Shown piece by piece: positions 48,115 through 57,457 of a DNA stretch of 64,000 nucleotides (position 1 is its first letter; the number at the start of each line of letters is the position of its first letter). Under the pieces are notes generated by a model that saw only the letters and a list, made by a program, of their open reading frames with translations, made no database searches and was not told the DNA's origin. The stretch spans positions 2,163,309 to 2,227,308 of the forward strand of contig CAWIIQ010000001.1 of assembly GCA_963836185.1 (NCBI GenBank), in the 5' to 3' direction. The stretch comes from Candidatus Krumholzibacteriia bacterium. GTDB lineage: Bacteria > Krumholzibacteriota > Krumholzibacteriia > Krumholzibacteriales > Krumholzibacteriaceae. A program made the position numbers and the translations under genes.

Positions 48115-49416
48115 ATGCACCGTATCATCCCGGTCCTGGCCATAACACTAGTCGTACTCTCAGGATGCGGAGACGATTCTACGAATCCCGGTGAAAACGG
48201 CGGAGGTTCGACTGTTACCGGTGAATATGTCGTATTCGCCTGGAACGATCTCGGGATGCACTGCCTTAACGACACATACGATCAGGCAGTGATCCTTCCC
48301 CCCTACAACAATGTCTGGGCCCAGGTGATCGAACGGGGCGACCCGCCCCGGATAGTCACGGCCGGCCTTACGGTCGACTTCAGGCTGGACAACAACACAT
48401 ACTCTTACGGCAAGGAGGAGTACGGGGGATTCTGGGATAATGCTGACGCTCTTTTCCGGTTCGTCCCCGGATTCACAGCCCCCGCCAATAATATCGGCCT
48501 GACGGGAACGGGGCTCTCCGGCCATATGGAAAATGCCTCCGACCATTTTGTCGCCGAAGGGATACCGGTCGTGCCCGTCAGCGATTCATCCGATTACAGC
48601 GCGTACCAGACGGGGATAATCACGGTGAAGGACAACGAGGGGAAGACTGTCGCATCGACGAGGGCGACTGTACCGGTCTCGGACGAGATCACCTGTTCGA
48701 AGTGCCATACCGCCGACGCGTGGACCGATGTCATCGCCGACCATGACCGCCTTCACATGACGAGCCTAGCCGATTCGGTACCCTTCCTCTGCGCTTCCTG
48801 CCATGGAAGCCCCGCGCTGGGCACGGTCGGTACCGGCAGCGCCGGCATATACCTCTCGGAAGCTATTCACGGGGCCCACGCTTCCCGGGAGGCCACATGC
48901 TACGATTGCCACCCGGGGATAAACACGAAGTGCATGAGAAGCGAAAAACACACGGCGGCAGACGGCAATTGTGAGACCTGCCACGGTGACCTGGCCGAGA
49001 TGGCTTCATCGATCGTAGAAGGCCGGGTACCCTGGGCCAACGAGCCGTCATGCGGATCGTGCCATACCGGTGTGCCGGGGATGGAGCCGTCGGGCACCCT
49101 CTTCCGCAACGCCATGGGACACGGTTCTGTCTACTGCGCTGCCTGCCATAACTCGCCTCACGCAATGTACCCCTCGACGCTGATGGCCGACAACTACCAG
49201 CCTATCGAGTACCAGGGCGGAGCAAAGACGATCGGAAGCTGCGGCGTGTGTCATGAGGATTCCAGAGGCGACGTCGACGATATACACGAATTCGAGGAAA
49301 AGCACGGCACCGCCGATCCCGACAGGATCATCAACTGCCATGTGTGCCATACAGTGGTCAGGGACAATACGATGAGCTGGCCACACCAGTGGAAGTGGAA
49401 CAACAGCAACGACTGA
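48115..49416 (+). CDS. octaheme c-type cytochrome lipoprotein
   Basis: Signal peptide plus lipobox (VVLSGCG); eight CxxCH motifs (CSKCH, CASCH, CYDCH, CETCH, CGSCH, CAACH, CGVCH, CHVCH); heme-free N-terminal domain of about 190 aa. Confidence 0.8.
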   Translation: MHRIIPVLAITLVVLSGCGDDSTNPGENGGGSTVTGEYVVFAWNDLGMHCLNDTYDQAVILPPYNNVWAQVIERGDPPRIVTAGLTVDFRLDNNTYSYGKEEYGGFWDNADALFRFVPGFTAPANNIGLTGTGLSGHMENASDHFVAEGIPVVPVSDSSDYSAYQTGIITVKDNEGKTVASTRATVPVSDEITCSKCHTADAWTDVIADHDRLHMTSLADSVPFLCASCHGSPALGTVGTGSAGIYLSEAIHGAHASREATCYDCHPGINTKCMRSEKHTAADGNCETCHGDLAEMASSIVEGRVPWANEPSCGSCHTGVPGMEPSGTLFRNAMGHGSVYCAACHNSPHAMYPSTLMADNYQPIEYQGGAKTIGSCGVCHEDSRGDVDDIHEFEEKHGTADPDRIINCHVCHTVVRDNTMSWPHQWKWNNSND

Positions 49417-49440
49417 TCATCAGGCTCTGGATATATCTAC

Positions 49441-49480
49441 AAAAAGGGACCGCTCCTGTGAGCGGTCCCTTTCATTTGTC
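49441..49480. terminator. bidirectional rho-independent terminator between convergent cytochrome and porB genes
   Basis: aaaaaGGGACCGCTCctgtgAGCGGTCCCtttcatttg: 10-bp GC-rich stem flanked by an A-run and a T-run. Confidence 0.65.
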
Positions 49481-49504
49481 ATACTGACCTCGGAATCGAC
49501 CCGC

Positions 49505-50410
49505 CTATTCCATCCCGGGGATGGCCGCCATCATCTTTTCCTTGGCGAGCAGCCTCTGCCATTTTCTCTCGACATCCTTCTCGATCCCGTCGAGTTCCTC
49601 GTCGGTCAGGTGCCTGAAGCGCCCCTGCGGCTTGAGGTATTCGCGTACCGATGTCGGCTCGAAGTCCTTCCAGACCTCGAGCTTCTCGCCGTACTCGGTG
49701 ATCTCGAGGATCGGGAAAACACGCGATGTGACGGCCCTTCTCGCGCTCTGGATCGAGAGCTCGGGAGCGAGCTTCCAGCCTGTCGGGCATGGCGCGAATA
49801 TATGGATGTACCTCGTTCCCTTCATCTCCTTCGCCTTGCGGAACTTGTTGATCACGTCCTCGGGCCATGCGACCGAACAGGTTGCGATGTAGGGGATCGA
49901 GTGAGCAGCCATGATATCGATCATGTTCTTCTTCGGCTCTCTCTTGTAGTTATCGACCGGCGTTGTGGTGGTCCATGCCCCGACAGGTGTCGAGGATGAG
50001 CGCTGGATACCGGTGTTCATGTACGCCTCGTTGTCGTAGCAGACGTAGATGATGTCTTCGTTACGCTCGGCGGCGCCGGAGAGGGCCTGAAGACCGATGT
50101 CGTACGTGCCTCCATCGCCCGCCCAGGCCATCACGGTCGTCTCGCTGTCGCCCCTCATCTCGAGCCCGGCCTTGAGACCGGCGGCCACGACCGCGGCCGT
50201 CTCGAACGCCGTATGGAATATCGGCAGGTTGACGGCCGAGTGGGGAAACGTGCCGTCGATCACTGCCCAGCAGCATGCCGGGATGGTGAGCGCGGTCTTC
50301 GGACCGAGCGCCTTGAGGGCAAATCTCATAGCCTGAGTAGCTCCGCATCCCTGGCAGGCGAGATGCCCGGAGCCCATCAGCTCTTCCATCGGAATACGCG
50401 GCGCTTTCAT
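49505..50410 (-). CDS. porB: 2-oxoacid (pyruvate):ferredoxin oxidoreductase beta subunit (TPP-binding)
   Basis: Cys ligands for the [4Fe-4S] cluster (CQGCG...PACCW) and the TPP-binding GDG region (AWAGDGGTYDIG). Confidence 0.85.
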   Translation of the reverse strand: MKAPRIPMEELMGSGHLACQGCGATQAMRFALKALGPKTALTIPACCWAVIDGTFPHSAVNLPIFHTAFETAAVVAAGLKAGLEMRGDSETTVMAWAGDGGTYDIGLQALSGAAERNEDIIYVCYDNEAYMNTGIQRSSSTPVGAWTTTTPVDNYKREPKKNMIDIMAAHSIPYIATCSVAWPEDVINKFRKAKEMKGTRYIHIFAPCPTGWKLAPELSIQSARRAVTSRVFPILEITEYGEKLEVWKDFEPTSVREYLKPQGRFRHLTDEELDGIEKDVERKWQRLLAKEKMMAAIPGME

Positions 50411-51559
50411 ATCTTCACTCCTATCCAGTTGATATATCTCTCCGGATCCTTGTCGCCGATCGCCTTGTCGGCGATCTCGCGGACGACCTTCGGCGTGATG
50501 TCGCGGCCACCGAGGCCCGCGATATAGCCGAGGATCGGGATGTCGGTTCGGCCGTAAAGAGCACTCTTGATCTCCTGGTAGAAGATACCGTGCGCTCCGA
50601 ACGAGATGTTACGGTCGATCACGGCGACCTTCTTAGCCTTCGAGAGGACCGCGAAAACCTCTTCGATCGGGAAGGGCCTGAAGACCCTTATCTTCAGCGA
50701 CCCGGCCTTGATCCCCTCGTCGCGGAGATCATCGATAACGACCCTCGTCGTAGAGGCCACGGTGCCCGAGGTCACGAATATGATCTCGGCATCGTCGCAG
50801 CGATAGGGCTCGATGAGCCCGTATCCGCGGCCGAACATCTCTTTGAATTCATTGTCGACCCTCTTGATCACCTCGAGGCCCCTGTCCATCGCTTCCTGGA
50901 TCATGTAGCGCAGCTCCATGTAGTGGTCGGGACCCGCCAGGTTGCCGAACGAATGCTGATCGGCCGTATCGATCTTGATATCGGGCTCGTACGGCGGCAG
51001 AAATTTCCTGACCTCTTCCTTCTCGATGATATCTACGATCTCGTATGTATGAGAGAGGAAGAAGGCGTCCATGACGAGCATCACGGGCATCTGGAGTTCC
51101 TCGGCTATCTTGAAGGCCTGGGGAACTGTATCCTGTGTCTCCTGGTTAGACTCGCAGTATATCTGAAGCCAGCCGACGTCTCTCTGGGAAAGGGAATCGT
51201 TCTGGTCGGTCCAGATCGACCACGGAGGCCCGACGGCCCTGTTGACATTAGCCAGCACGATCGGGAGCCTCGCGCCCACGGCCCAGTGAAGCATCTCGTG
51301 CATGAGGAGCAGTCCCTGGGACGATGTCGCCGTGAAGGTCCTCGATCCGGCGGCCGACGCTCCGACGCAGGCTGCCATCGCGCTGTGTTCCGATTCCACC
51401 TTGATGAACTTCGCGTCCAGTCTCACCGTTCGCACACATCTCGGACAGGAGCTCCACGATATGGGTCTGCGGCGTGATCGGATAGGCCGAGATGACCTTG
51501 GCCTCAGAAGCTTTTACGCCGTAACTGACGGCGTGGTTTCCCATGATGACCTTCTTCAT
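50407..51559 (-). CDS. porA: 2-oxoacid (pyruvate):ferredoxin oxidoreductase alpha subunit, interrupted by a frameshift near 51440
   Basis: N-terminus MKKVIMGNHAVSYGVKASEAKVISAYPITPQTHIVELLSEMCANGE in ORF 51248..51598; remainder (LDAKFIKVESEHSAMAACVGASAAGSRTFTATSSQGL...) in ORF 50407..51435; one extra base at gagActggac. Confidence 0.85.
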
Positions 51560-53235
51560 TTTCCCTCCTCCCGTATCGATATGGCGTTGCGCGGGCACTC
51601 GAACGCGCAGACGAGACAGCCTTTGCAGTAATCGTAATCGAATTCATATTCGTCCTCGTGCCGCTTGATGGCGACGTCGGGACAGTATACCCAGCAGTTA
51701 TCGCAATAATTGCACACACCGCACGAGAAGCACCGGTCCGCCTCAGCGGCGAGCAGCTCCGGTGTGAACCCCGTCTTTATCTCCGAGAATCCAGCCTTCG
51801 CTTCGGATGTCGAGATACCCGGAACGAGGTTCCTCTTCGAGTGGGTAAAATAATCCGTGTTCATATCCTCTATGCCGACAGTCTTCGGCTCCTCGATCTC
51901 CGGCTCTGCCTGACCGGCAAGCATTCGGCCGATCTTCCCGGCTGCCTTGCGTCCGGCTGCGATGGCTTCGACCACACTAGCCGCTCCGGTTACTACATCG
52001 CCACCGGCGAAGATCTTCGGATTGGAAGTATCGCCTGTCTCGCCGCCTGTCTTTATAAGGTTCCATTCAGTCTCGACCGAAGATTCGATCCCTTCGAGAT
52101 CGGCCTGTTCACCGATCGCGGTGAAGAGCCTGTCCACCTCGAGCTCTATCGTCTCGCCCTCGACCGGTACCGGCCTGCGCCTTCCCGAATCGTCGGGCTC
52201 GCCGAGCTCCATCTTCTGGAAGATACCCCGAACGAGCTTTCCGCTCTCGATAACGAGTTCCTTCGGAGCGGCGAGGAAATGGAACGCCACTCCCTCTTTC
52301 TCCGCTTCCTCTATCTCCTCGGCGATCGCCGGCATCTCGTTTCTAGTACGGCGGTATACGACCGTGACCTCACTGCCTGACCGGAGTGCGCACCTGGCGA
52401 CATCCATCGCGGTGTTCCCGCCTCCGACCACGACTACCTTCGCGCCCGGATCGACCTTCTCGCCGCTGTTGACCCTGCGGAGGAAATCGAGGCCGGGCTC
52501 GATCCCTTCCTTGTCCTCGCCATCCACTCCGAGGCCGCGGCTGCTCATCAGTCCCAGGCCTAGGAAAACGGCGTCGTAATCCTTCTCAAGCTGATCGAAA
52601 GTGATATCTGTCCCGACCTTGACACCGGCCTTGACCTCGATCGGCCCCGAGTCGAGGATCTGTGAGACGACCCTGTCGAGGAGTTCATTGGGGAGCCTGT
52701 ACTCGGGTATTCCCCACCTGAGAACGCCGCCGAGAGCCTTGTCCCTCTCGAACAGAGTCACGGCGTATCCCTGCCTGGCGAGATAGAAGGCGCACGATAG
52801 CCCGGCGGGGCCGCTTCCTACGACTGCCACCTTTTCTTTCTTTCCCGCCTTCGTCTTTTCCATCCAGCTGCCGTTCTCGAGACCAAGGTCCCCGAGTGAC
52901 CTCTCGATAGCGTTGATGTTTACTGCCTCATCGTAATCCTTCCGTGTGCACTTCGTCATACACGGATGAAAACAGACCCTGCCCGTCACCGCGGGCATCG
53001 GGTTGCTGTCGATGATCGTCTTCCATGCCTCCTCGTACTTTCCCAGCGTAACGAGATAGATGTACTGCTGTATATTCTCGTTAGTGGGACATCCGAGGAT
53101 GCACGGTGACGTCTTGAAATCGTAGAGAGGCCTTACGTTCCGCCACGATCCGGTGAGGTTCCACATCATGGAACCTGTCGTCATCGGACGGATCGGCATC
53201 TCTTTGTAACTCTCGAATTCGATTTTCTTGACCAT
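51556..53235 (-). CDS. GltD-like NAD(P)H-dependent FAD oxidoreductase fused to a C-terminal 2x[4Fe-4S] ferredoxin (PorD-like)
   Basis: N-terminal Fe-S region and GltD-like FAD/NAD(P) Rossmann motifs (VAVVGSGPAGL, VVVVGGGNTAMD); C-terminus CFSCGVCNYCDNCWVYCP...CKGCLVCAFECP; occupies the slot where porD normally lies between porG and porA. Confidence 0.8.
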   Translation of the reverse strand: MVKKIEFESYKEMPIRPMTTGSMMWNLTGSWRNVRPLYDFKTSPCILGCPTNENIQQYIYLVTLGKYEEAWKTIIDSNPMPAVTGRVCFHPCMTKCTRKDYDEAVNINAIERSLGDLGLENGSWMEKTKAGKKEKVAVVGSGPAGLSCAFYLARQGYAVTLFERDKALGGVLRWGIPEYRLPNELLDRVVSQILDSGPIEVKAGVKVGTDITFDQLEKDYDAVFLGLGLMSSRGLGVDGEDKEGIEPGLDFLRRVNSGEKVDPGAKVVVVGGGNTAMDVARCALRSGSEVTVVYRRTRNEMPAIAEEIEEAEKEGVAFHFLAAPKELVIESGKLVRGIFQKMELGEPDDSGRRRPVPVEGETIELEVDRLFTAIGEQADLEGIESSVETEWNLIKTGGETGDTSNPKIFAGGDVVTGAASVVEAIAAGRKAAGKIGRMLAGQAEPEIEEPKTVGIEDMNTDYFTHSKRNLVPGISTSEAKAGFSEIKTGFTPELLAAEADRCFSCGVCNYCDNCWVYCPDVAIKRHEDEYEFDYDYCKGCLVCAFECPRNAISIREEGK

Positions 53236-53294
53236 TCAGCCTCCAGCCTTATCTGATCCCTCTTCGGGACCGGGCCTGTTGTACGGCCCCGGAT

Positions 53295-53855
53295 CTATTT
53301 TTTGGAGATGATCTTCACCCCGTTGAAGGCGTCCTCTGCCGCCTGCATATTCGCTTCCTTCTTGAACGGAACGAAGCCCTCGATCGCCTGTTTGACCGCG
53401 TCGAGTCCGACCAGGCCGGTCGCTCCGGCGAACGCGCCGATGATCGACGTGTTCACGATCGGAGCTGCGAGCGATCCGAGCTTGTGACTCAGCGCTATCT
53501 TAGCCGCGTCGACCGTCGCGATGCTGAACTTCTCGAGCAGTTCATCGTCATCGCACTCCATGTTCGTGTTAATCACGATCCAGCCGCCGTCCTTCAGCCC
53601 GTCTGTTATATTGACGGTCTTCAGAAGCACGCGGTCGAGGACAATGAGATGATCGGGCTCGTAGATCTGACACCTCTCGCGGATCTCACCCTCTGAGGCG
53701 CGGGTGAATGCCATCACGGGAGCGCCCCTGCGCTCGACACCGAAGGCCGGAAACGCCTGGACAAACTTCCCTTCGTGGAAGAAAGCATCTGCCAGGATCT
53801 CCGAAGCGATCACCGAGCCCTGGCCACCCCGGCCATGGGTCCTGATTTCCAGCAT
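53295..53855 (-). CDS. porG: 2-oxoacid (pyruvate):ferredoxin oxidoreductase gamma subunit
   Basis: MLEIRTHGRGGQGSVIASEILADAFFHEGKFVQAFPAFGVERRGAPV is the canonical PorG N-terminus. Confidence 0.88.
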   Translation of the reverse strand: MLEIRTHGRGGQGSVIASEILADAFFHEGKFVQAFPAFGVERRGAPVMAFTRASEGEIRERCQIYEPDHLIVLDRVLLKTVNITDGLKDGGWIVINTNMECDDDELLEKFSIATVDAAKIALSHKLGSLAAPIVNTSIIGAFAGATGLVGLDAVKQAIEGFVPFKKEANMQAAEDAFNGVKIISKK

Positions 53856-54149
53856 ATCCTGTCCCTTTCCAGTGGGTTGACGGTTACCCGTTTCTTTGTG
53901 AATTTTTCTGATAATAACCGGGTTTCCCCGGACGGGAAAAACCCGAAAAAAGACTACAATGGCCCTATACCGCCCGTCAAGTGCTTTTTTGTTATCTCTT
54001 ATAAATTAATGTTTATTTGTATCCGGCGCAAGATATTACCGCCATCTCCCGCAGGGAATCTCCCGAAGGGTTTCACGGTATCCACATGCACCACGGCTCG
54101 GATACCACATGACCCTCCAAGCATATAATCTTCTAACAATAACATTCCA

Positions 54150-54180
54150 AACGACATTCGGCGGCCCGAAGGCCGCCGAA
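54150..54180 (-). terminator. candidate terminator hairpin after the tRNA-Arg/tRNA-Ser cluster
   Basis: Perfect 11-bp stem ATTCGGCGGCC-cgaa-GGCCGCCGAAT; only a weak U-tract (GUCGUUUGG) follows on the minus strand. Confidence 0.45.
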
Positions 54181-54189
54181 TGCGATTAA

Positions 54190-54263
54190 TACGCCCAGGA
54201 GGATTCGAACCCCCAACCTCCTGGTCCGTAGCCAAGCGCTCTATCCAATTGAGCTATGGGCGC
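54190..54263 (-). tRNA. tRNA-Arg (anticodon ACG)
   Basis: GCGCCCAUAGCUCAAUUGGAUAGAGCGCUUGGCUACGGACCAGGAGGUUGGGGGUUCGAAUCCUCCUGGGCGUA; anticodon loop CUACGGA; CCA not encoded. Confidence 0.8.
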
Positions 54264-54290
54264 ATATTCTGTCGAAACTATCTCAAATAG

Positions 54291-54382
<92 letters not shown>

Positions 54383-54401
54383 GCTTGACTTCATCTTTTC
54401 A

Positions 54402-54488
54402 TGGCGGAGGGCGAGGGACTCGAACCCCCAAGGGCTTACGCCCGGCGGATTTCAAATCCGCTGCCTTACCAATTAGGACTAGCCCTCC
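54402..54488 (-). tRNA. tRNA-Ser (anticodon UGA)
   Basis: GGAGGGCUAGUCCUAAUUGGUAAGGCAGCGGAUUUGAAAUCCGCCGGGCGUAAGCCCUUGGGGGUUCGAGUCCCUCGCCCUCCGCCA; anticodon loop UUUGAAA; long variable arm; atypical D-arm. Confidence 0.8.
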
Positions 54489-54520
54489 AAAAAAAACCGC
54501 TTCCGCAGACCCGCGGAAGG
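54489..54520 (-). terminator. hairpin plus U8 tract immediately 5' of tRNA-Ser(UGA); candidate terminator of the upstream metalloprotease gene
   Basis: Minus strand CUUCCGCgggucuGCGGAAGcgg followed by UUUUUUUU, ending one base before the tRNA 5' end. Confidence 0.45.
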
Positions 54521-54528
54521 TACCGGTT

Positions 54529-54557
54529 AGTATAAGAAGTGCCCGTCAGGCTGTCAA
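54529..54557 (-). promoter_or_regulatory. sigma70-consensus promoter (TTGACA-N17-TATACT) upstream of the tRNA-Ser/tRNA-Arg cluster
   Basis: Minus strand cTCTTGACAgcctgacgggcacttctTATACTaacc; exact -35 hexamer and 17-nt spacer. Confidence 0.55.
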
Positions 54558-54580
54558 GAGCAGACAGGCATCAGGCAGTT

Positions 54581-55582
54581 TCAATGCTCCGACCGGGACG
54601 CAGGGTCCTCCATCTCCCACTCTTCGACCCTCTTTCTGCTTCTGTTTCTCTTGATCAGGTATGCAAGCATGAAAAGGAGCGATAGTGTAAGACCATAAGG
54701 AGAGATATTGAGGAACAGCGCCGTCTTCCGATACCTGTTTCTCATGGCCGCTTCGAACCTGCCTGAAAACTCACTGGCCGTTTCCCCGAAAGTCAGCGTG
54801 AAAGCCTTCTCGAAATCTCCGCTGTCCCTGAGAAAAGCGGTAAACGTTACCAGGTCCCTCTCTTCTCCCCCGATCAGTTCGTCGACCGCGGCGTAGCTGA
54901 TCCGGTAGGCCATGGCCGCCTTCCCCGCGTTCTTCGGGAACCTGCCCCTTATGTCCTCGAGGCGCGGCGCGTCATCCCTCGCCACGGACAGTGCGAGGCG
55001 CCACTGATCGCCCATAGTCCACTCCCTCGACTGCCGCATCGCTACCCCCTCGACAAACCAGGAGGGGCAGCGTGCTCCCGCCGTCCGCTGCGCCAGGAAT
55101 ACATGTGAAAGCTCATGCAGGATGACAGTCCTGACCGGCCGGTTCGACATCAGGATCCGGGAAGCGTCGATGCCGATGATCATTCTGCGCGAATCCCCGA
55201 ACGCCTCACCCCACTCCGGAAGGCGGCCGCCGTGCAGCAGCCTGAATGACGGTGTATCAGGAGCTATGATGAAGGCTATAGGGGCGACTTCCTCGAGCCC
55301 GATGCCGGCTGCTACATCGCCCGCCGACCTGCATACTATCTTCTCTATCTCGCCGGCAAGCTTCTCCCCACCGTCCGCGAAGCAGATGACATATGTTCCG
55401 CACGTTGCGGATCTCTCGTAATACCCTTCGAGACCGTCGACGAATCTTCTGTCGTACGCTTCGGCCGGTTGGGCCGGAAGAAGGATCGAAAGCAGAACGG
55501 AAAGGATCAGAAGCACTGCGCAGCCGCGGCTTGAATATTCACGGCCGAAGTATTCTGAAAGAGATCCAGTCGGATTGGTCAA
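54581..55582 (-). CDS. putative zinc metallopeptidase (HExxH) with N-terminal signal and C-terminal TM anchor
   Basis: HELSHVF motif with a downstream Glu (SWFVEGVAMRQ); N-terminal hydrophobic signal; C-terminal helix LTLSLLFMLAYLI. Confidence 0.6.
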   Translation of the reverse strand: MTNPTGSLSEYFGREYSSRGCAVLLILSVLLSILLPAQPAEAYDRRFVDGLEGYYERSATCGTYVICFADGGEKLAGEIEKIVCRSAGDVAAGIGLEEVAPIAFIIAPDTPSFRLLHGGRLPEWGEAFGDSRRMIIGIDASRILMSNRPVRTVILHELSHVFLAQRTAGARCPSWFVEGVAMRQSREWTMGDQWRLALSVARDDAPRLEDIRGRFPKNAGKAAMAYRISYAAVDELIGGEERDLVTFTAFLRDSGDFEKAFTLTFGETASEFSGRFEAAMRNRYRKTALFLNISPYGLTLSLLFMLAYLIKRNRSRKRVEEWEMEDPASRSEH

Positions 55583-55586
55583 GAGA

Positions 55587-56769
55587 TCAGCTCTCTCCCT
55601 TTATGGGGGACAGCTCGCGAAGCCTTTTGACTACTTCGGGGAAGGTATCCAGGAATGCGTCGACATCCTCGTCTGTATTGCAGATGCCAAGGCTGATCCT
55701 GAGCGCGCCCTGCGCCTCGACGGGATCAAGGCCCATCGCCTTGAGGACATGGCTCGGTTCGGGGTCCCCGGTCGCGCAGGCGCTGCCGCTCGAAAGGGCA
55801 AAGCCGAGCATGCTGAGATTGAGTGACATCGCCTCGCCTTCTATGCCTGGAACTGTGACGTTACATGTATTCGGAACCCGCGGAGCTCCATCGCCGTTTA
55901 TATGCACATTGGGCACTTTCTCGAGTATTCCCTCCTGGAGCCTGTCGCGCAGGGCGCATAACCTCGCCATCTCCTCCTCGAGATTCTCCTCGGAGAGCCT
56001 GCACGCCTCGCCGAATCCTACGATTGCGGGGATATTCTCCGTGCCGGGCCTGAGGCCTTCTTCCTGGTGGCCGCCAGTGTATACCGGCTCCAGCGGCGTG
56101 CCGCGCCTGACGTACAGTGCCCCTACACCCTTCGGCCCATAGAACTTGTGGGCCGAAATCGAGAGCAGATCGACTATGGGATCGCCAACATCGACCGGTA
56201 TCTTCCCCATGCCCTGGACGGCATCAACGTGAAGGATGATCCCACGTTCCTTTACGATCCTCGATATCTCCTGCAGCGGCTGGATGACGCCGGTCTCGTT
56301 ATTCGATGACCATTATACTGGCCAGGATGGTGCGGTCGGTCACGGCCGCTTCGAGATCAGCGGCATCGACGGAACCGTCCCTCCTGCAAGGAAGGTAAGT
56401 GACGGTCACGCCTTCTTTTTCCAGAGCTTCACATGTCCTCAGGACCGCCGGGTGCTCTATCGCGGATGTGATGAGGTGCGGCTCGGGGACCTTTTCTCGA
56501 AGCGCCTTTACGACTCCCCTTATCGCCATGTTGTCCGACTCGGTACCGCCCGATGTAAATATGACCTCGGAAGGTTCAGCTCCTATGAAGGAGGCGACGT
56601 GACCACGGGCCTCATCGATGACGCCGCGGTTCTCCTGCCCGAAAAAATGCAGGCTGCTCGCATTGCCGAATCTCGTATGCAGGAAAGGAAGCATCGCCTC
56701 GATTACTTCCTCCCGCATATAGGTGGTGGCGTTATGGTCGAAATAGACCCTGCGCTTCGAATCGTTCAT
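55587..56769 (-). CDS. iscS: cysteine desulfurase (IscS/NifS family), interrupted by a frameshift near 56298
   Basis: N-terminal part (VYFDHNATT...FTSGGTESDN...ASIMV) in ORF 56299..56826; C-terminal part (NNETGVIQP...HVDAVQGMGKIPVDVGD...SAHKFYGPKG...SSGSACA) continues upstream of the annotated ORF 55587..56210; one extra base at gtcAtcgaat. Confidence 0.85.
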
Positions 56770-56864
56770 ATCTTGATTATCCCTGGTGGCAATGATAGTC
56801 CCCAACGCCGGTACTGGCACTGGCACTCTGCTGCAGATATCATCCTGTGGCCGGCGACGCAGTG

Positions 56865-57305
56865 TCAGTCGGCCTTTTCCATGTCGAACAGCCCTTGTAT
56901 ATCAGACAGGTTATACGACGAAAGGACGTTCGATATATCACCCTCGAGTTTCTTCAGCATCGGCACTACTGTGCAGTCTTCGAATTTATCACAGGGATTC
57001 TCATTTTCTCCCTCGCAATCCCCGTTGAGACAACTCGCGACGTAGAATGGCCCTTCCAGAGCCTCTACGACATCGCCGATCTTGATCTCCTCGGGAGGCC
57101 TCTTCAGCCGGAATCCGCCTCCCGGCCCTCTCACCCCTACGATGATCTCATGTCTACGAAGGTGGGCGAGAAGCTGCTCGAGAAAGCTGGAAGAGATATC
57201 CTCCTTTTCCGATATCTCCTTCGCCGATACGGGCTGTCCTCCGTACCTCTCGGACATGACAGCCAGAGCCCTCAGACCATACCTGAACATAGCGGTAAAT
57301 CGCAT
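56865..57305 (-). CDS. iscR: Rrf2-family transcriptional regulator (IscR-like)
   Basis: N-terminal wHTH typical of Rrf2 (MRFTAMFRYGLRALAVMS...SAKEISEKEDISSSFLEQLL) and three Cys (C-x5-C-x7-C-like, CLNGDCEGENENPC) for an Fe-S cluster; directly upstream of iscS. Confidence 0.8.
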   Translation of the reverse strand: MRFTAMFRYGLRALAVMSERYGGQPVSAKEISEKEDISSSFLEQLLAHLRRHEIIVGVRGPGGGFRLKRPPEEIKIGDVVEALEGPFYVASCLNGDCEGENENPCDKFEDCTVVPMLKKLEGDISNVLSSYNLSDIQGLFDMEKAD

Positions 57306-57351
57306 TCTTCGTCCTTCATGTTACGGTCCAGTCATCGCTCGCAGCCATATA

Positions 57352-57381
57352 TATATACCTGAAAGTGGGTTCTCAGGTCAA
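57352..57381 (-). promoter_or_regulatory. candidate promoter of iscR (TTGACC-N17/18-TATATA)
   Basis: Minus strand cacTTGACCtgagaacccactttcagGTATATATATatgg; a second TTGACC box lies 43 bp upstream (57424..57419). Confidence 0.4.
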
Positions 57382-57457
57382 GTGCCTGACCGCATCCGAA
57401 GGACAAAAATATTATATAGGTCAATACCCCTATCCATGCATGTCTGATCTTCATCAG

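Noticed and set aside
54402-54488. tRNA-Sec candidate (prompted by selA in the window)
   Set aside because: On the strand where the T-arm and CCA end are correct, the anticodon is UGA (serine), not UCA. The acceptor stem is 7 bp and the D-arm is not the extended selenocysteine type.
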